64,000 nucleotides of DNA from Lama guanicoe (Eukaryota), in assembly GCA_013239625.1 (NCBI GenBank), contig MU053557.1:2696123-2760122 (forward strand), in the 5' to 3' direction. Below the pieces are notes generated by a model. It searched no databases and was not told the DNA's origin. It saw nothing but the letters and a program-made list of their open reading frames with translations. This document shows positions 1-13,106 of the stretch, one piece after another. Each line of letters starts with the position of its first letter. The first letter of the stretch is position 1. Both the position numbers and the translations under genes were made by a program.

Positions 1-2592
1 CCTTCCCTCTCCCCAACATGTCACCAGAGAGATTTGTTGAGACTCTTGGACCCTGGCTTCCATAATGAAGCCTTCTCCAGGGCTAATTTATTTCTCTTAT
101 CCCCAGCCTCCACATCCTTGGCTTGGATCTTCCCTATAACCCACTTTGTGCTGACTGGTACCCATGAGCCCCTGACTGACTGATCAAGATACACTAGAGG
201 ATAAGTGTTCACACGCTGCACAACACTGAACAGAGTACTGAGCCAAGGCGTGGGTGCTTAGAAGATATTCTCAAACAAACGAATGCTTTAAATTTTTTCA
301 GTATTTTAAAAACAAAGTTCCCACTGATGTTAAAATCAACACCTAACTTAACTAACCATGTGTTGGGCCAAAGAACAAAAACAATAAAAAAGTAACAACG
401 GTGAGTAACTAAGATTTACTTAATACTTACCAAGGTGCCAGCCTAGGTGCTTTGCTGGGGTTTCCTCTTTGAATCTTCTCAACAACTTTCTGACAGAGGC
501 ATTAAAAGTCCAGACGGGGAATTGTAGCTTTGAGATGTAACTTTCTCTAGGGCAGGCAAGAGTCAGGTCTGTGTCTATGTGACCCCAGAGTCTGCTTTCA
601 GCAACTTTATTGCATTGTCTTCTTTTCCCTTGTGGGCCCATTTAGAAAGATCTATTAGGGCTAAAATCAGAGTGATGTTGAGACTTTATAAAAGCTTTGA
701 CTGATAAGGATAGGTGATGGACACACTGAACCCTCAGAGGTGACTTTTTAATTTCTGTAGGGAATGTCTGCTGATTCCCATTCCATGGCAGGCAGAACAA
801 AGCCAAGGCTAAAGGAAGTTTACCTACTCCCCAGTTCTTAAGCAGAATGATAATCTCTTTATTCAACAAGGAGGGGACCAAGCTAGGGTGTCATATCAAA
901 TCTAACAGTCATTGCCATTACCTGGCAATGACCTTATTTCTCCTGGTCTTCATCCTGGAGGTGGACTGCACCAGGCTAATTTAAATATGAACACAGTAAA
1001 AATTTCAATCCATAGAGAGAGAATATGAGAGATTTGGAGTGGTGTTGGTGGGGAGCTCTACTTACTTTGGGTTAAATGCCAGGACTGCAAGTTTTCAAGG
1101 TCAATAAAAGAAGTGTGAAGCCAATTAGGGTTTTTCACCTTCTGGCTGCTCCAGTGCATGCGTACTGCATACCCGAAACACACAGTTTTGCAAGAAAATA
1201 TGTCTGGGCTGCACTCACTTCGTTACACTGTGGAATGGCACGGTGCCAACCTCGCTTGGGAAAACACATGTCCACTTTTCAGTCTTGGGTTAAAAGTGCT
1301 GTAACCCAAAAGAACAGAGGGGAACAAAAGAGATTCAGCAAGAATGGGAATGAAGCATGAATCACAGATAGAGGAGATTATCATCAAAAGCTTAAAAAAA
1401 AAAAATCTGCCACAGCTATATTGCTCTCTGCTAATGACTGTGACTGTCATTTCTGCATATTTTAACAGATGCTCTGTTTATAAAACTGCAAACGGGTTTA
1501 GGGGTTACAAATAAAGCCAGGAGGCCCTGGAGATGTTTCTTTGTATGATTAACTGACCACAGGCCATTTGTTTTACAACAAAGATGCTCAATGATCCATA
1601 GTCCATGATTTATACCAGCCCATGTATACTAATGGCTGATGTCTCCATGGTACTTCTCATTAGCATCTGAAGGGGGATTGGAGGAAAACAGATTATGGCA
1701 ATAGCTCCCCATTGCTCGACATGATAGTTCATTAGTGGGTGTGGAATCGATCCGAAAGAAAACTAAGATAATCGGAAGATGAAATCTGAATTATAAATTG
1801 TAACAGTTAAGGAATCCAGTTCAAGGATGAAAGGAAGACTATGGCTTTTCATAACCCTAGCTGTATGCATCTTGGTAAGCTGGGAATGAGAGGAGGTTTT
1901 GCATCTTTCAAGTAAAAGACAAATCCCATGAAAATTCCAATAATAATAATAACAGACATAATAATAGTGCTGACTTGTCTCGACAACTTCACTATGCATC
2001 AGGCATTCTGCTGGGTGACTGACATAAATCATCCCACTTCACTCTCACAACTATATGTTGTAAGGATTCCCATGGACCGAAACCAGAAAGGCATCAAGGT
2101 TAGGGGCATTCCTGGCTCTTGGCTCCTTTTTTCCCTTCTCAAGATTTTCCTCTATTTCTCTGTGTTCTCTGAGGCTCTCTCCACCAAATGCATTCCACTG
2201 CTCACTGCTGCCTTATGACTTCACAGCCTCGACTTGACCTCATGTTTTATTTCCTCTTAAGCTCTCCAAGATAAATACCTTGGTGGTATTTTTTAGTCTG
2301 AATTCCTAGTGGAAGGGATCGGATAACCTCCACTAATTGTTTTGTTTTGTTTCATTTTGTTTTGTTTTTGGTACTAGGCCGCATCAGGGGTCACAAGTCA
2401 GCCTAGTGGTTTGGCTGCCTTTTGGTCAGTCCTTCTCTACCAGTCCAACCATCTGTGCTTGGACAAGGTGAGGATGACACAGGGCACAAAACAGTGTCCC
2501 TATATTAACTCTTTGAGTAGAGACTGGAGCAGGGCAGATCCTTAGATGGGGAAGTCGCCATCAGTAAGCCAAGTTCAGCCCTAGGGATGGTG

Positions 2593-2810
2593 GGAGAGGC
2601 ATGGGCCGTGGAGCCAGGCCGTTGGCCTCTGCCTCTTACTAACTGTAGGATCACCAGCAGTTATGTTCTAAGACTGAGATTTACTCACTCATCCATAAAA
2701 TGGGCATATTATCATTAGCTATTTCATAAGGTTATTATGAGAATAAAAGGGATGTATAGGTGATTAGCACAGTGCCTGGTACACAGTCAACGCTTTATCA
2801 ATCCTAACTA
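2593..2810 (+). mobile_element. MIR SINE relic
   Basis: Core 'ctcatccataaaatgggcat...gttattatgagaataaaa' and tail 'ttagcacagtgcctggtacacagtcaacgct' match the MIR consensus; boundaries approximate. Confidence 0.85.
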
Positions 2811-5800
2811 CTATCATCATATTATTAATATATTTATTAATGACAAAGTATAATTGCAATACTAACTTCCCCATAGGTAAGCCCAAATTTGAAGATGAGT
2901 TAGTGCTCCAAGTGGCCCCACTTAACCCCCTCAATGAGAGAGAGGAGCAGCTGTGTCCGTCATTCAAATCCACTGGGTAATTTTGTTTTATTGTGAACAG
3001 ACAAAAGCTGGTCCTCAACTGGTTCTAAACTATGAGATTCTTTGTCTAACAGAGTCCAGGGGTTGGGGGTTTCTCCCAGACCTTCCTGAATAATCCTCAC
3101 AAATGCCCAAAAGTTCTTGGGGTTTGAGGAGTAACATCTGGCTCTGAGGAACTCATCACAAATTTCCTGTCCCCAGTTTCATGCCCCGTTTTGAGTCCCA
3201 TTTCCCCAGACTGCTTTCCTGCTCTCTCTCCATTTGAAATGTCTGGGTCAGCATACCCAACATCTGGCATAGCTATCCCCAAATTTGTTGGATAATTAAA
3301 TTCTACCCAAGAACTCAACAGGGGGTGGCAAATCAATACCTGAGGGCACTGCCTGACTCTGGAAGTTTCACTGAAGTGCAAATTATCACTATCTGTCTGT
3401 ATTCCTGAGCACAAAAGAATTAGTAAGTGCTCCCGGACCATCATCTCTCTCGTTCCATCTGCTGCCAAAGTTCACATTAGGTACCAAATCCAAGGAAGAC
3501 AATGAGATATGTGAAAATGAACTTGTGCTTGGAATTTCAATATCCCCAAGGTGATTCAAATAAACACATCTGAACTTGCTCGAAAAGCCCCAAGCTTTGG
3601 GACCTGAACATATGGTCTAAGTTATTTAGCCAGATGAGACATGGGATTTCCTACAAGTAGGGTTTTGTTGGGAGATGGGTAAACAGCTGCCCCTCAGCTT
3701 GGGAGCTCCAAGTCATGGTTGGGGTGGGAAGTGATGTACCAAGGTGTTTCTGCAAAGGACACACTCATACACACACACACTAGAGACCAAACCTTCATGT
3801 TATGCCCCAAAGGCTCAGAACCATCATGAGTTATGCAAATGCTTTGAACCCAAAGGACTTCTGGGGAACTGGAAAGAGTCCAATATGGCTCTTAGAATTA
3901 AACTTCAGATAAATTTACTCCTGTCTTCACTGTCAACATTAATAAGATGTGCAGAGCTAAAACCAGACCCATAGGAATGTTCATGCCACAGAAGGGAGGA
4001 TAAACAGAGAGAGTATGAATGAACTTAGTTTACGGGTCGCTCCCTTTGTCTGATCCAAATGTTACTCCATAGAACACGTGCCCAATGCTGTCAATTCCTC
4101 TAAATGCTTTACAGCTATTATTACTCAGTTTGGATTACAGCACTTTTAAAGTATTTATTAGGAGACCAAATCTCCAGTCAATTTGTGATGCAAAATTTTC
4201 CTCCACTGGGTATTTGTCAGTGCACCATTAGAATGATGCAAACCCAAGCAAATGTCTTGTGTAGGAGCATGTTCCAAAACAGTGCTGGGTATTATCAGCC
4301 CCATTTGTTAACGTTGGTACAACTGAGACACTTTTAAAGATAAAGGTCATTAATATTTCAACACATCATTAAATTTAAATTCAGAACTGAGAACTGTTAT
4401 AAGTGAGAATCCAACCAGTTTTAATTAGGCATTTAATTAAAAATTCTCTATGTGAAGAGAAATATTCACTGGATATTGGGAGAAAAAAACAACAGAATAA
4501 ATGTTTGAAAAATGTTATATTCTAGGTAATTCATGTGGCTTAATTTGAGTCATCATTAACAGATCTAGAAAATTAAGCTTCTCAAAACCCTGTGATCTAT
4601 GCAGCTCCTAAAACTCTAAGGCTTAGCCCAGTCAGCCTGGGGTCACAGTAAGGAATATGAATGACAGTGTCAGGCATCCGTGTTTAAGCCTGCCGCGTAT
4701 AAACTGTGTGATTTTGGATTCAATCCATATTTGTCAAGTCAGTGAATGAATCTTCCAAGGTTGCTTAGAAAGGCAAGATCAGGTTCTTTTTAGAAGCAAC
4801 AAGAAGTCCCTTAGAAAGATGGAGCTGAAGATAGGGCAGAGATGGTGGACTTTTTGAAATTGATGGGTTTATGGACCAGACACTAATCTCTTTGAGCTCG
4901 AACAAAAAAAGGGCCCAACAGAATAAGTGAAAAGCATGTGCTAATGGCCTTGACAATAAACAAAAGCAGCTTGCTTGAGGAAAAGCATAATGTTCAGTGG
5001 AGCAGAGTCTGTGCTGGGCTCTAGAGAAGAAATGAGGCCGAGTAGGAATGAGGCAGCCTAGTGGGGACTTGGCATCTAGAAGTGAAAAGTGCTCTCACTT
5101 TAATTTGAGGAGGTTGCAATTTCTCAAGCTCTAAGAGTGGCTTTGGCCTTCCGAACAAAGCTATTGGGGTCCCAAGATGGTAGAGTAAACAACAGCAATT
5201 GTCCTCGCTTAAAGCTGTGGGGGTCAAATTTTATGTGCCGGGAAGAGATTAACTTTATTGCAAGGAGTAGGATTTAATCGCAGAGAGTGATTAGCCAAAT
5301 GACTAGATCAATAGAACTCAGGTCAAACTGTGCTCGGGAACATCCACGGCTCTCATTACATGGAAAGTTGAAGACTGGGAAACCATTTGGGGACCCCGTG
5401 TTATTTGAGCCCCAAGTCATCTGCAGACCTTCCTGTAGACCTCAGATGTACTATTTTCTTTGCCCAGCGGTGATGGCATGTTGACTCAAGGAGTATTTGC
5501 CCCCTACCCTTGGAACTGGAGAAAGCCATTAGAACAGCTGGGATCCTCAAATGCAGTTTTTAAAAGAGGGAAAAGAATTTTGCCTGGTTTAGCACTTCAT
5601 TCTCTAATTATTACAAAAATCAATGGTTTTGAAAATGGAAAGCAGATAGATCGTTCCCATTTGTCTATGAAGATATTTGGGCAGAAGATGGAGAGGTGAC
5701 ATCATCTAGTATACTTCAGTTTTTGCACTAGCCAAACCCCACCTATTCAGCTGGTTCTGTAGTGGTATTAACCTTTAGAAGGAATTCGTTGATAGCAATG

Positions 5801-6360
5801 GAACATGGTAAGTCAGATATGCCTGGAGTACACACTATGCCTTAGGAGAAAAATGAATTGTTTTGAAAGTGCTATTTTATTTAAAGGATACCTTACAGTC
5901 TCACAAAGCATCCCAACAAACTGAGATTATGCACACAGGACGTGTCTCAGGGGAAAGCTGTGTTTTCCAGCTCATTCAAGCTGGGACCTCAAAATACTTG
6001 GTTTCATCTGTGACCCAGACCTAAAAGGCAGAGGCCAGAAGTCCATTTAATTACCAGCAGCTCAACCAGTCTGAATTCCTAGTTCTTGACATTTATCTCG
6101 TAAAATCCAAATCATATGATAGCAAAGACCTAGAAAAGTGTCTGACCCTACCATGGCCCCTGAAGCAGATAAAGAGATAACACTGAGATAAAGGCCAAAT
6201 CTTTCAGAATTCTCTGGGAGACCTGCAGGGAACATTTCACTCATCTTAACAACACATACATGAAATTAGGTGGATAATATGAAGTGCGTGTGCCACAGAA
6301 CACATGAGAAAGCAGGGAGGTAAGTGTGTGTGGACGCCTGGGCTGCACACGCACACACAT

Positions 6361-6386
6361 CCACCCACCCACCCACCCACACACAC
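6361..6386. repeat. (CCCA)n/(CA)n microsatellite; (GGGT)3GGG G-quadruplex motif on minus strand
   Basis: Four CCC runs separated by a single A at 6364-6378. Confidence 0.85.
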
Positions 6387-7229
6387 CTTTATCCAACGTC
6401 ACTTAAGAGTTAGTAATAAGGATCATTGTTCCAAGTTCCAACCTCTCTCACTGAGTTGTTTTAAGGAGCAGTGCGGTTCATGCCGATCAAGGAAACATCT
6501 TCTATTCCCTGACACTGGCGCTTCGTTTCCATCTCTCCCACTTGGAGCTGACATTCATTTTAGGCTCCCCAGGAATAAAACATATGACTCCAGGAACTGG
6601 CTTGTGCACAAACTCTAAGCACACTGCTACTGCTCCCCTGGTGAGAACTGCTCTAGAATCCTGTGTTTTCAACATAGAAGAGACACTTGACTCTTTCCAC
6701 TCCTTTGTTAATCTTTGTTTGTTTGCTTTTTGCTGTGTGATATCTTAAACGCAGACTGACCACTAAGTCCCTGCCAAGACTTAAGTTGTCAGCCATCCTC
6801 ACATCCAGTCTGGAGCCCCTCATGATGGAGAACAGAGTGACAGAGGTGCACCACTGTAATTGCAGCAGCCCTGGGGTAAGAGCTGGCACATCTGAAACTT
6901 GGCTCCAGCTTCACTCGTAGTCCCTAACTGGACTAGTGAGGGCAAGCAGCAGAATCTTCACCCTTCATTATCCTTGGCTGACAAATGGAACAGGAAGTAT
7001 AGGACCAAAGGACACTTGCAAACTGCTGAGTGTCCTGTAATGCAAGAGACTGCAGTTGCCAGGGGAAGTGCAAAAGTGCGCTTGACACTGGAGCAGGTTA
7101 CATGGGCGGTTAGTTTTAGCCTTGGCTCCTCTTCTCATTGTCCTATGACCTTCAAGTCTTCCCTTCTGGGTCTCCATTTCCTCATCAAGAATATAGGGTA
7201 TTGGTCTTACACCCTGGAATTTAGGGCTC

Positions 7230-7362
7230 AATCATCTTGCTACTCTACATGTGGACCCCTGGGCCAGCAGAACCTCTGTCCTCACCCAGACCCACTGAAT
7301 CAGACCTCCATCTGACAAGACCCAGATGATCTATATGCACATGAAAGCTTGAGAATCACTGA
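7230..7362. mobile_element. MER5-family hAT-Charlie DNA transposon relic
   Basis: 'cccagacccactgaatcagacc...ccagatgatctatatgcacatgaaagcttgagaatcactg' resembles the MER5A/MER5A1 terminus. Confidence 0.75.
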
Positions 7363-7671
7363 TCCTTAAGATGCCTTCCTGCTTGATCATCCTGTAATTC
7401 TACTATAAATGGTCCAGTACTTTGCCCTTCCACAGAACATCCACCGTGAGATACTGGGGAGCTTGCTATCCATGGCCAAAGAGGCACGGCAGTATTTTGC
7501 TGTTTCTAAGTATACTTTTGCATAGTCAGATAAGTCCAGTCAATTCTCTGGTCCTCCTCTGTCTCTCAGATCAAAAAGCTTACCAACACTGTTGTCTAGA
7601 TATGAGTATAAATACACAAGAGGAGTATATTTCACAAAAAAGAAACTACACCAAATTTGCAAAGACATAAA

Positions 7672-7880
7672 TTGTGCCAAGCACAGTATTAAGTACTTAG
7701 TATAATTCATAGTACCTTATTGAAGATGTACTACTCTGGAGAGTAGGATCTATTTTTATCCTCATTTTACAGATGACAAATGTCAACCTTGGAGAAACTG
7801 ACTTGCTCAAGATCACAGAGCCGGAACTTGGGAGAACTGTGATTTGAGCCCAGATCTGTCTCACACCAGAGTGCACATGT
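7672..7880 (-). mobile_element. MIR SINE relic
   Basis: 'atcctcattttacagatgac...gacttgctcaagatcacagagc...gatttgagcccagatctgtct' is the reverse MIR core. Confidence 0.85.
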
Positions 7881-8008
7881 TTAATCACTATGGGACATGT
7901 CATTTAGTTAAAACTCCTCAGCCACCTTTCCTTACATGCTCCCACTCAACCTCTGTGTCCCAAACATCATTCTTGCTACTCTTCTTTCAATCATATAACA
8001 CTTTAGAT

Positions 8009-8192
8009 TTGTGCTGTCCAATGTGGTAACCAGTAGCCCCATGGGGCTACCCAAATATGAATTAAAATTCAGTTCCTCACTGCATAGCAACATTTGAAGC
8101 ATGCAGTTGTCACATGTGACTAGTGGCTGCCATACTGGACAGCACAGAATTAGAGTATTTCCATCATGAGAGCAAGTTTTATTGGATAGTGT
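8009..8192 (-). mobile_element. MER3 (hAT-Charlie MITE)
   Basis: 'tgtgctgtccaatgtggtaacca...aaaattcagttcctca...cacatgtgactagtggctgccatactggacagcacag...atttccatcat...ttttattggatagtg' follows the MER3 layout with its internal repeated TIR. Confidence 0.85.
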
Positions 8193-9124
8193 TTTAGACA
8201 ATCCAATTGCTGAACGTTATTACTCCGTCACTTTACTTCCTTTATTCGCCTTGTCCTTTATTCCCTATTCCTGAGTCCTGAATGCTCTACTCTTAAATGC
8301 ACACTCTTGGAAAAATCATCTTAGAACCCCTCCACTAAGTGGTAAGAGACCTCCTTGAAAGAACTGAGAGATCCTGTATATCCAACAAGATGCAAGCCCT
8401 AAGACCTGGTGCTGATTTCAAGTCCAGGGACCACATCTAGAGAGGGGAAGTCAGACTTCGGTGTGCATTGCCAGCCCTGTAGCCTTGGCCTCCATGATTC
8501 ATCGTGACCACTACTCATTTCTGTCAGGGGGAGAAAAGTCCAATCAGGCAGAGTTTTATTTCCTCCCTGAAATAAAACAGAACTGACTGGCCAAGGTATC
8601 TCCAGGGACACATGCTATGGGGCCTTAAATTACCTTGTAACACTTCTAGTCAGTCCCACTTCCACGCTGGAGTTTGCAATCAACATTTATCTCTATCGGA
8701 CAGACCATCTGTAGGTTCTAATACCACTTTTCTTATTACCTTGTAAATGTAAAATCCTCGAGGCAGAAATGCCAGCTGCTAACCCAGGAGTGTGTGTGAG
8801 CACCCACTTCTCCAGTGATGAATGTCCCTGGGTCCCTGAGTCGTAGCAAAAAACGTATCAAAGATTTGCCTGGAAACTGTATATGGATTCAATGTCAAGG
8901 GGCTTTGGGGGCACTTCTCTCCCATGATCCCAGTGACAATGACCTTCCCCCTCTCTGTCAGGTATAAAGCCTTCCCCTGGGCTGCCAGCCTTTCTACTCC
9001 GGAAATTGAGGCAAATAATGGGGACAGAAGAAAATCCTTACCAAATGCTCATAACTAGACACATTGTAACAGTCTCCCTGAAAGGTATTCATGAACAATA
9101 ATTACTATTATTTATTGTATTTCT

Positions 9125-9875
9125 TTAATTCAGCAAATGTCTACCAAGTGCTTATCTTGTGCTAGCCATGTGCTACGATTTGTTGGGCCCCTAACAGAAT
9201 AGTTCAGTGTCACAGCACTTTCAGCTTAGCAGGGAAACTAGACAGTTACTCTAGTAAGCACCCAAATAAATGTCTAATGATGAATTTCAATAATGGCTGA
9301 GGAGGAGAGAAATAAGGCAGTCTGGTAGAAATTAACACGGGAGGCTTTGTTTAGACACAGTGGTCTGAGAAGACCCTCTCTGCGGAGATGGCCTGTCCCT
9401 CTTGGGTGAAGCAGCTAGCCAGTGTGGGTGGAGCTCTGTGAGCGAGAGTGCCAGATGAGGCCACGTTGCAGGAGGTGGCCGTATAGCAGGCACGCCTTAA
9501 TAAGGAGTTTAGATTTTCTACTAAGGACAAGGGGAGGTGACTGGAGGGTTTGAAGCAGCCTGATGACATGTGCTTCATGTTTTTTAAACATTATTCCAGC
9601 TGAGGGGTGAAGAATGGATATGGAGGTCGGCGGGGAGGGGAGACAGGGAGACTGAGTGGGGCTGTGTTCTTAGTCCAGGTGGGAGTTGAAGGCCGCTTGG
9701 ACTCACACTGTAGTTTGGGAATAGGGATAAATGGAGGAACTGGCAGGATATTTGTGGGGAGTACAGAAAAGACTTGCCAGTCTATCTGTTGTGTTGGGGT
9801 AAGGTGAGGAAAAAATCAGGAAGGTGATTCCCTCTCAAGCTTCAGGTGGGCAGTGGTACCTTTTTCCAGGACTGG
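9125..9875 (-). mobile_element. L2 LINE relic (3' region)
   Basis: Starts 'ttcagcaaatgtctaccaagtgcttatcttgtgctagcc'; contains 'taaggagtttagattttcta...ggagggtttgaagcag...tgacatg', typical of reverse L2. Confidence 0.8.
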
Positions 9876-9879
9876 GTTG

Positions 9880-10080
9880 GGTGCTTTGCATTTATTATTT
9901 GCAAACCTGATGCTTAACCTTACAAAAGCTTGTATTAACATCTCCCTTTACAAACTGAGAAACTCAGAGATCAGGAATTTGCCCCAAGTCACACAGCTGG
10001 TGCCTGTTGAAGCCAGTATTAGAACTTTCGCTTCTCGGCAAAGTTTGTGTGTTCTCTTTACTTCAACTTGACTATCACAT
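9880..10080 (-). mobile_element. MIR SINE relic
   Basis: 'cttttacaaactgagaaactcagagatcaggaatttgccccaagtcacacagctgg'. Confidence 0.75.
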
Positions 10081-10239
10081 CACCACAATCTCTCAGTTGC
10101 TGGTTTCAGATCTTTACGATTCTCTCTCTATATTGGTCCATATTGGCTTCCCTTGGCTTGTCTCTACTCAAATCATCGTTTTGCCTCAAAAACTACGTTC
10201 CCTACCTCCACCTTAGGCATGGTTTTCATCCTCCTGCCA

Positions 10240-10422
10240 TATGCTCCCTTCATGTACATCAAACTTAATAGAAATTATTTGTCTAATCATTTGACTTCCC
10301 TGCTAGACTTTAAGCTCTAGGAATGCAGGACCTATCTGCAATGTCTATCACTGCCTCGCTAAGGCTTGGCACAACTCCCGAAACTACGCAGTAATAATTC
10401 AGTGAATATTTGCTAAATGAAT
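10240..10422 (+). mobile_element. L2 3' end
   Basis: 'cttccctgctagactttaagctctaggaatgcaggacc...cagtgaatatttgctaaatgaat'. Confidence 0.75.
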
Positions 10423-11769
10423 TTCTAGTCATTGGAGAGGCTGAGATGACGTCTTGTCCAATTTAACCCAGGGGATCAGGAGCCCAGATTAGTGTTCTCA
10501 TCAGCATGCTGCAAGAAACTGGGATTTAGGAGATCTGGGTTAAATTAACATGGTGATTTTATTCTGAAATAGTTAGATCTGTGATGTTTGGAAGGCCTCA
10601 CTACCTCTCTGGACCTTTGTTTCCTTTTAGCTCAAAACAAAGGAAATTAAAACCTGGCTCTCTGACCTCAAGGGGTGAGCATAAAATCCAAATATATGTG
10701 AAAGGGCTTGAAAAGGTATACAATTACATGGTGTCCCAGTTGTTAGAGCATCGAAATAACATAATTCGCCTTCAGGATGGCCCAGAGGTGAAGATTCTGG
10801 ATACGAGAAGCCCTGAGGAGCCTTAGTTCTAATACTTAGCTGTTCATGGCGGGGTGAGCCATCTTCTCTGAACTGAACTAATGAGAACTGCATCAATTTC
10901 ATAGGGCTCTTCTGAGGATTAAATAAACTCTAGTACATTGCACTGTTGCATGCGTATGTGTATATATGTATAACAGACAGTACGGGTATGTCACACTCAC
11001 TCACTCACACATACACACACACAGCCCATATACCAACTCAAATGCTACACTAAGAATTTGAGGCTTAAATCATTTGCAAATATTTTTGAAAATATCACTA
11101 AGGGTGAGTATTATGTCACACCCAACCTCGGGAGAAGCTTCTTTAAACACAATTTCCTATAACTTTGTACCAAGTAGCATGTCGCTCCCAGAACAAGATG
11201 CTTTCTTTATAGAAGTCGAGGGGCAGACACATTTAGAGGCAAGGAAATGTCTGTAGCTCTCATCAGCAGGGGCCAAATCCAGCTGAGTGCCAGCAGCTGC
11301 TGGAGTCCTCCGTGAGTTGAAATAAGCCATATGGGAAGATGATTTTTTAAACTTCTTTGCATCAATAAAGCATTTCCTTTTTAAGACTCCACCTCCTAAT
11401 ACAAAATCAAAACCTCCCATTTTCCACTGCTCTGCTCTGCTGGTGATGAGAAAATCTGCGGCCAGAATGTCTCTGGCTTCCTAATAGTGGACTAATCAAA
11501 AGATAAGGGGACTAGTTTCAACAGCAGGAAGGGTAAATGGTGGGACAAAGGGCACCTTGACAGACGGCAAGAGCAGAACTCAGGAGTAAGTGGGGACAGA
11601 ACAGTGAGAGCTAGAGGAAGAACCCTGGCAAGATGGCTAGAATTTAGATGGGACAGGAGTGGAAAGGATAGAGGAGACAGACACCACAATCAGGAGAAGG
11701 CAGCAGATGGTGCTGAATGAAGCCCTGCTGAGGCTCACATGGCAGTGACAGAAGCAGGGCTCATGTATG

Positions 11770-12455
11770 TGCTAAGTGTGGACTCTCTGGACCTCAGTTT
11801 CCTCATCTACAAAACACAGGGCTCACTCTCATGAGGATAAATGGACTACTGTACATAGAACACTTACCACACAGTCTAGTACTAATGTTGCAGGAAAATG
11901 GGGCACGAGAGGATGGTCATGTCCCAGGTCTTGGGCGAGTCCCTGGGATGCCCTCCAGCAACTGAGGGTTCTCAGCTTTGCGCAGGAAGGAATTCAAGAG
12001 CAAGCCATAAGAAAGTGAAGGCAGACGTATTCAGGGAGATACACACTCCTTAGATAGAGTGGGGTCCCTCTCAGAAGGGAGAGCGGCCCCAAGGTGGAGG
12101 GTATTTTGTTTTTATGGCCTGGATAATTTCATAGGCTAAAAAGCGGGAGGATTATTCCAATTATTTTGGGGAAGGGGTGGGGATTCCCAGGATTGGCCAC
12201 CACCTACTTTTTGGCCTTTTATGGTCAGCCTCAGAACAGTCACGGAGCCTGTGGGTGTGTCATTTAACATGCCAATATATTACAATGAGAGTATAATGGG
12301 GCTCAAGTTCTACTGGAAGTCAAATCTTCCGCCACTTTGGGTCTAGTGGCTCTAATCAGTTTACGTCCTAACCTCAAGGCTATGCCATTCTTTTAATGGT
12401 TGTCCACTGCCCACTTCCCTCCTGTCTCACTAAATACACACTCAATAGATGCTGC
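11770..12455 (+). mobile_element. MIR relic split by the LTR at 11886-12429
   Basis: Left part 'ctctctggacctcagtttcctcatctacaaaa...acttaccacacagtctagta' resumes after the LTR as 'tacacactcaatagatgct'. Confidence 0.75.
11886..12429 (-). mobile_element. Solo ERV1 LTR, MER41-like (544 bp)
   Basis: TG...CA termini with a perfect 4-bp TSD CTAA (11882-11885, 12430-12433). The minus-strand start 'TGAGACAGGAGGGAAG' and internal 'gcgcaggaaggaattcaagagcaagcca' resemble ungulate MER41-type LTRs. Confidence 0.85.
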
Positions 12456-13106
12456 TTTCAAATAGTTATGGGCAACAGAATGCGGGTAAAACCATCCACT
12501 TGTGAAATAAACACTGAAGGAAAAGGAGACAGCTAAAAAGAACTCCACATTCCTGTCCCTTTTTACTTTTTTTTGACAATGTTACTTTTCTAATTTACCA
12601 ATTTTTTAAAATGCTGCTTGCTTCCTTTGTAGCTCCTCTACATGGAATCCAAGGGTGATTCATTCTTAAGAGGTAGAAAGGGGATACAAAAGCCATTTGT
12701 ACTACTTCTGCTGCAAGCCCAGAATCTCCTGTACAGCAGCCCCGAGGGGTGAGCCAGCTGGCTCTGCTTACACCAGTCTGCTCGAGGGCAGGGGAAAGGT
12801 GGTGCCTCTGAGAAGGTCCCTTTTCTTCCTTGAGAACTTGGTAACAAAAGCTTCTCTTTGGGGCAAGTCAAAACACACCTCACTGTTAGCAGAAACCAGT
12901 GGTCCTGATTATAGACCTTCTGGAGTGGAGTTCCCATTTCTTCTAATCCACTTTCAACACTACCCTCCTCCTTCACCCTGTCACTGCAGGCTTCCAGAGG
13001 GCAGAGAAGCTTTCAAGGTCATTGTTTTGTCTAGCATCTAGCACTAAAGCCAGCACACAATAGGTTCTCAACAGGCATCTGAATGAATGCTATTCAAACC
13101 ATCTAC

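Noticed and set aside
2080..2560. Possible ERVL LTR33-like relic
   Set aside because: Only a vague resemblance; I could not define termini or a TSD.
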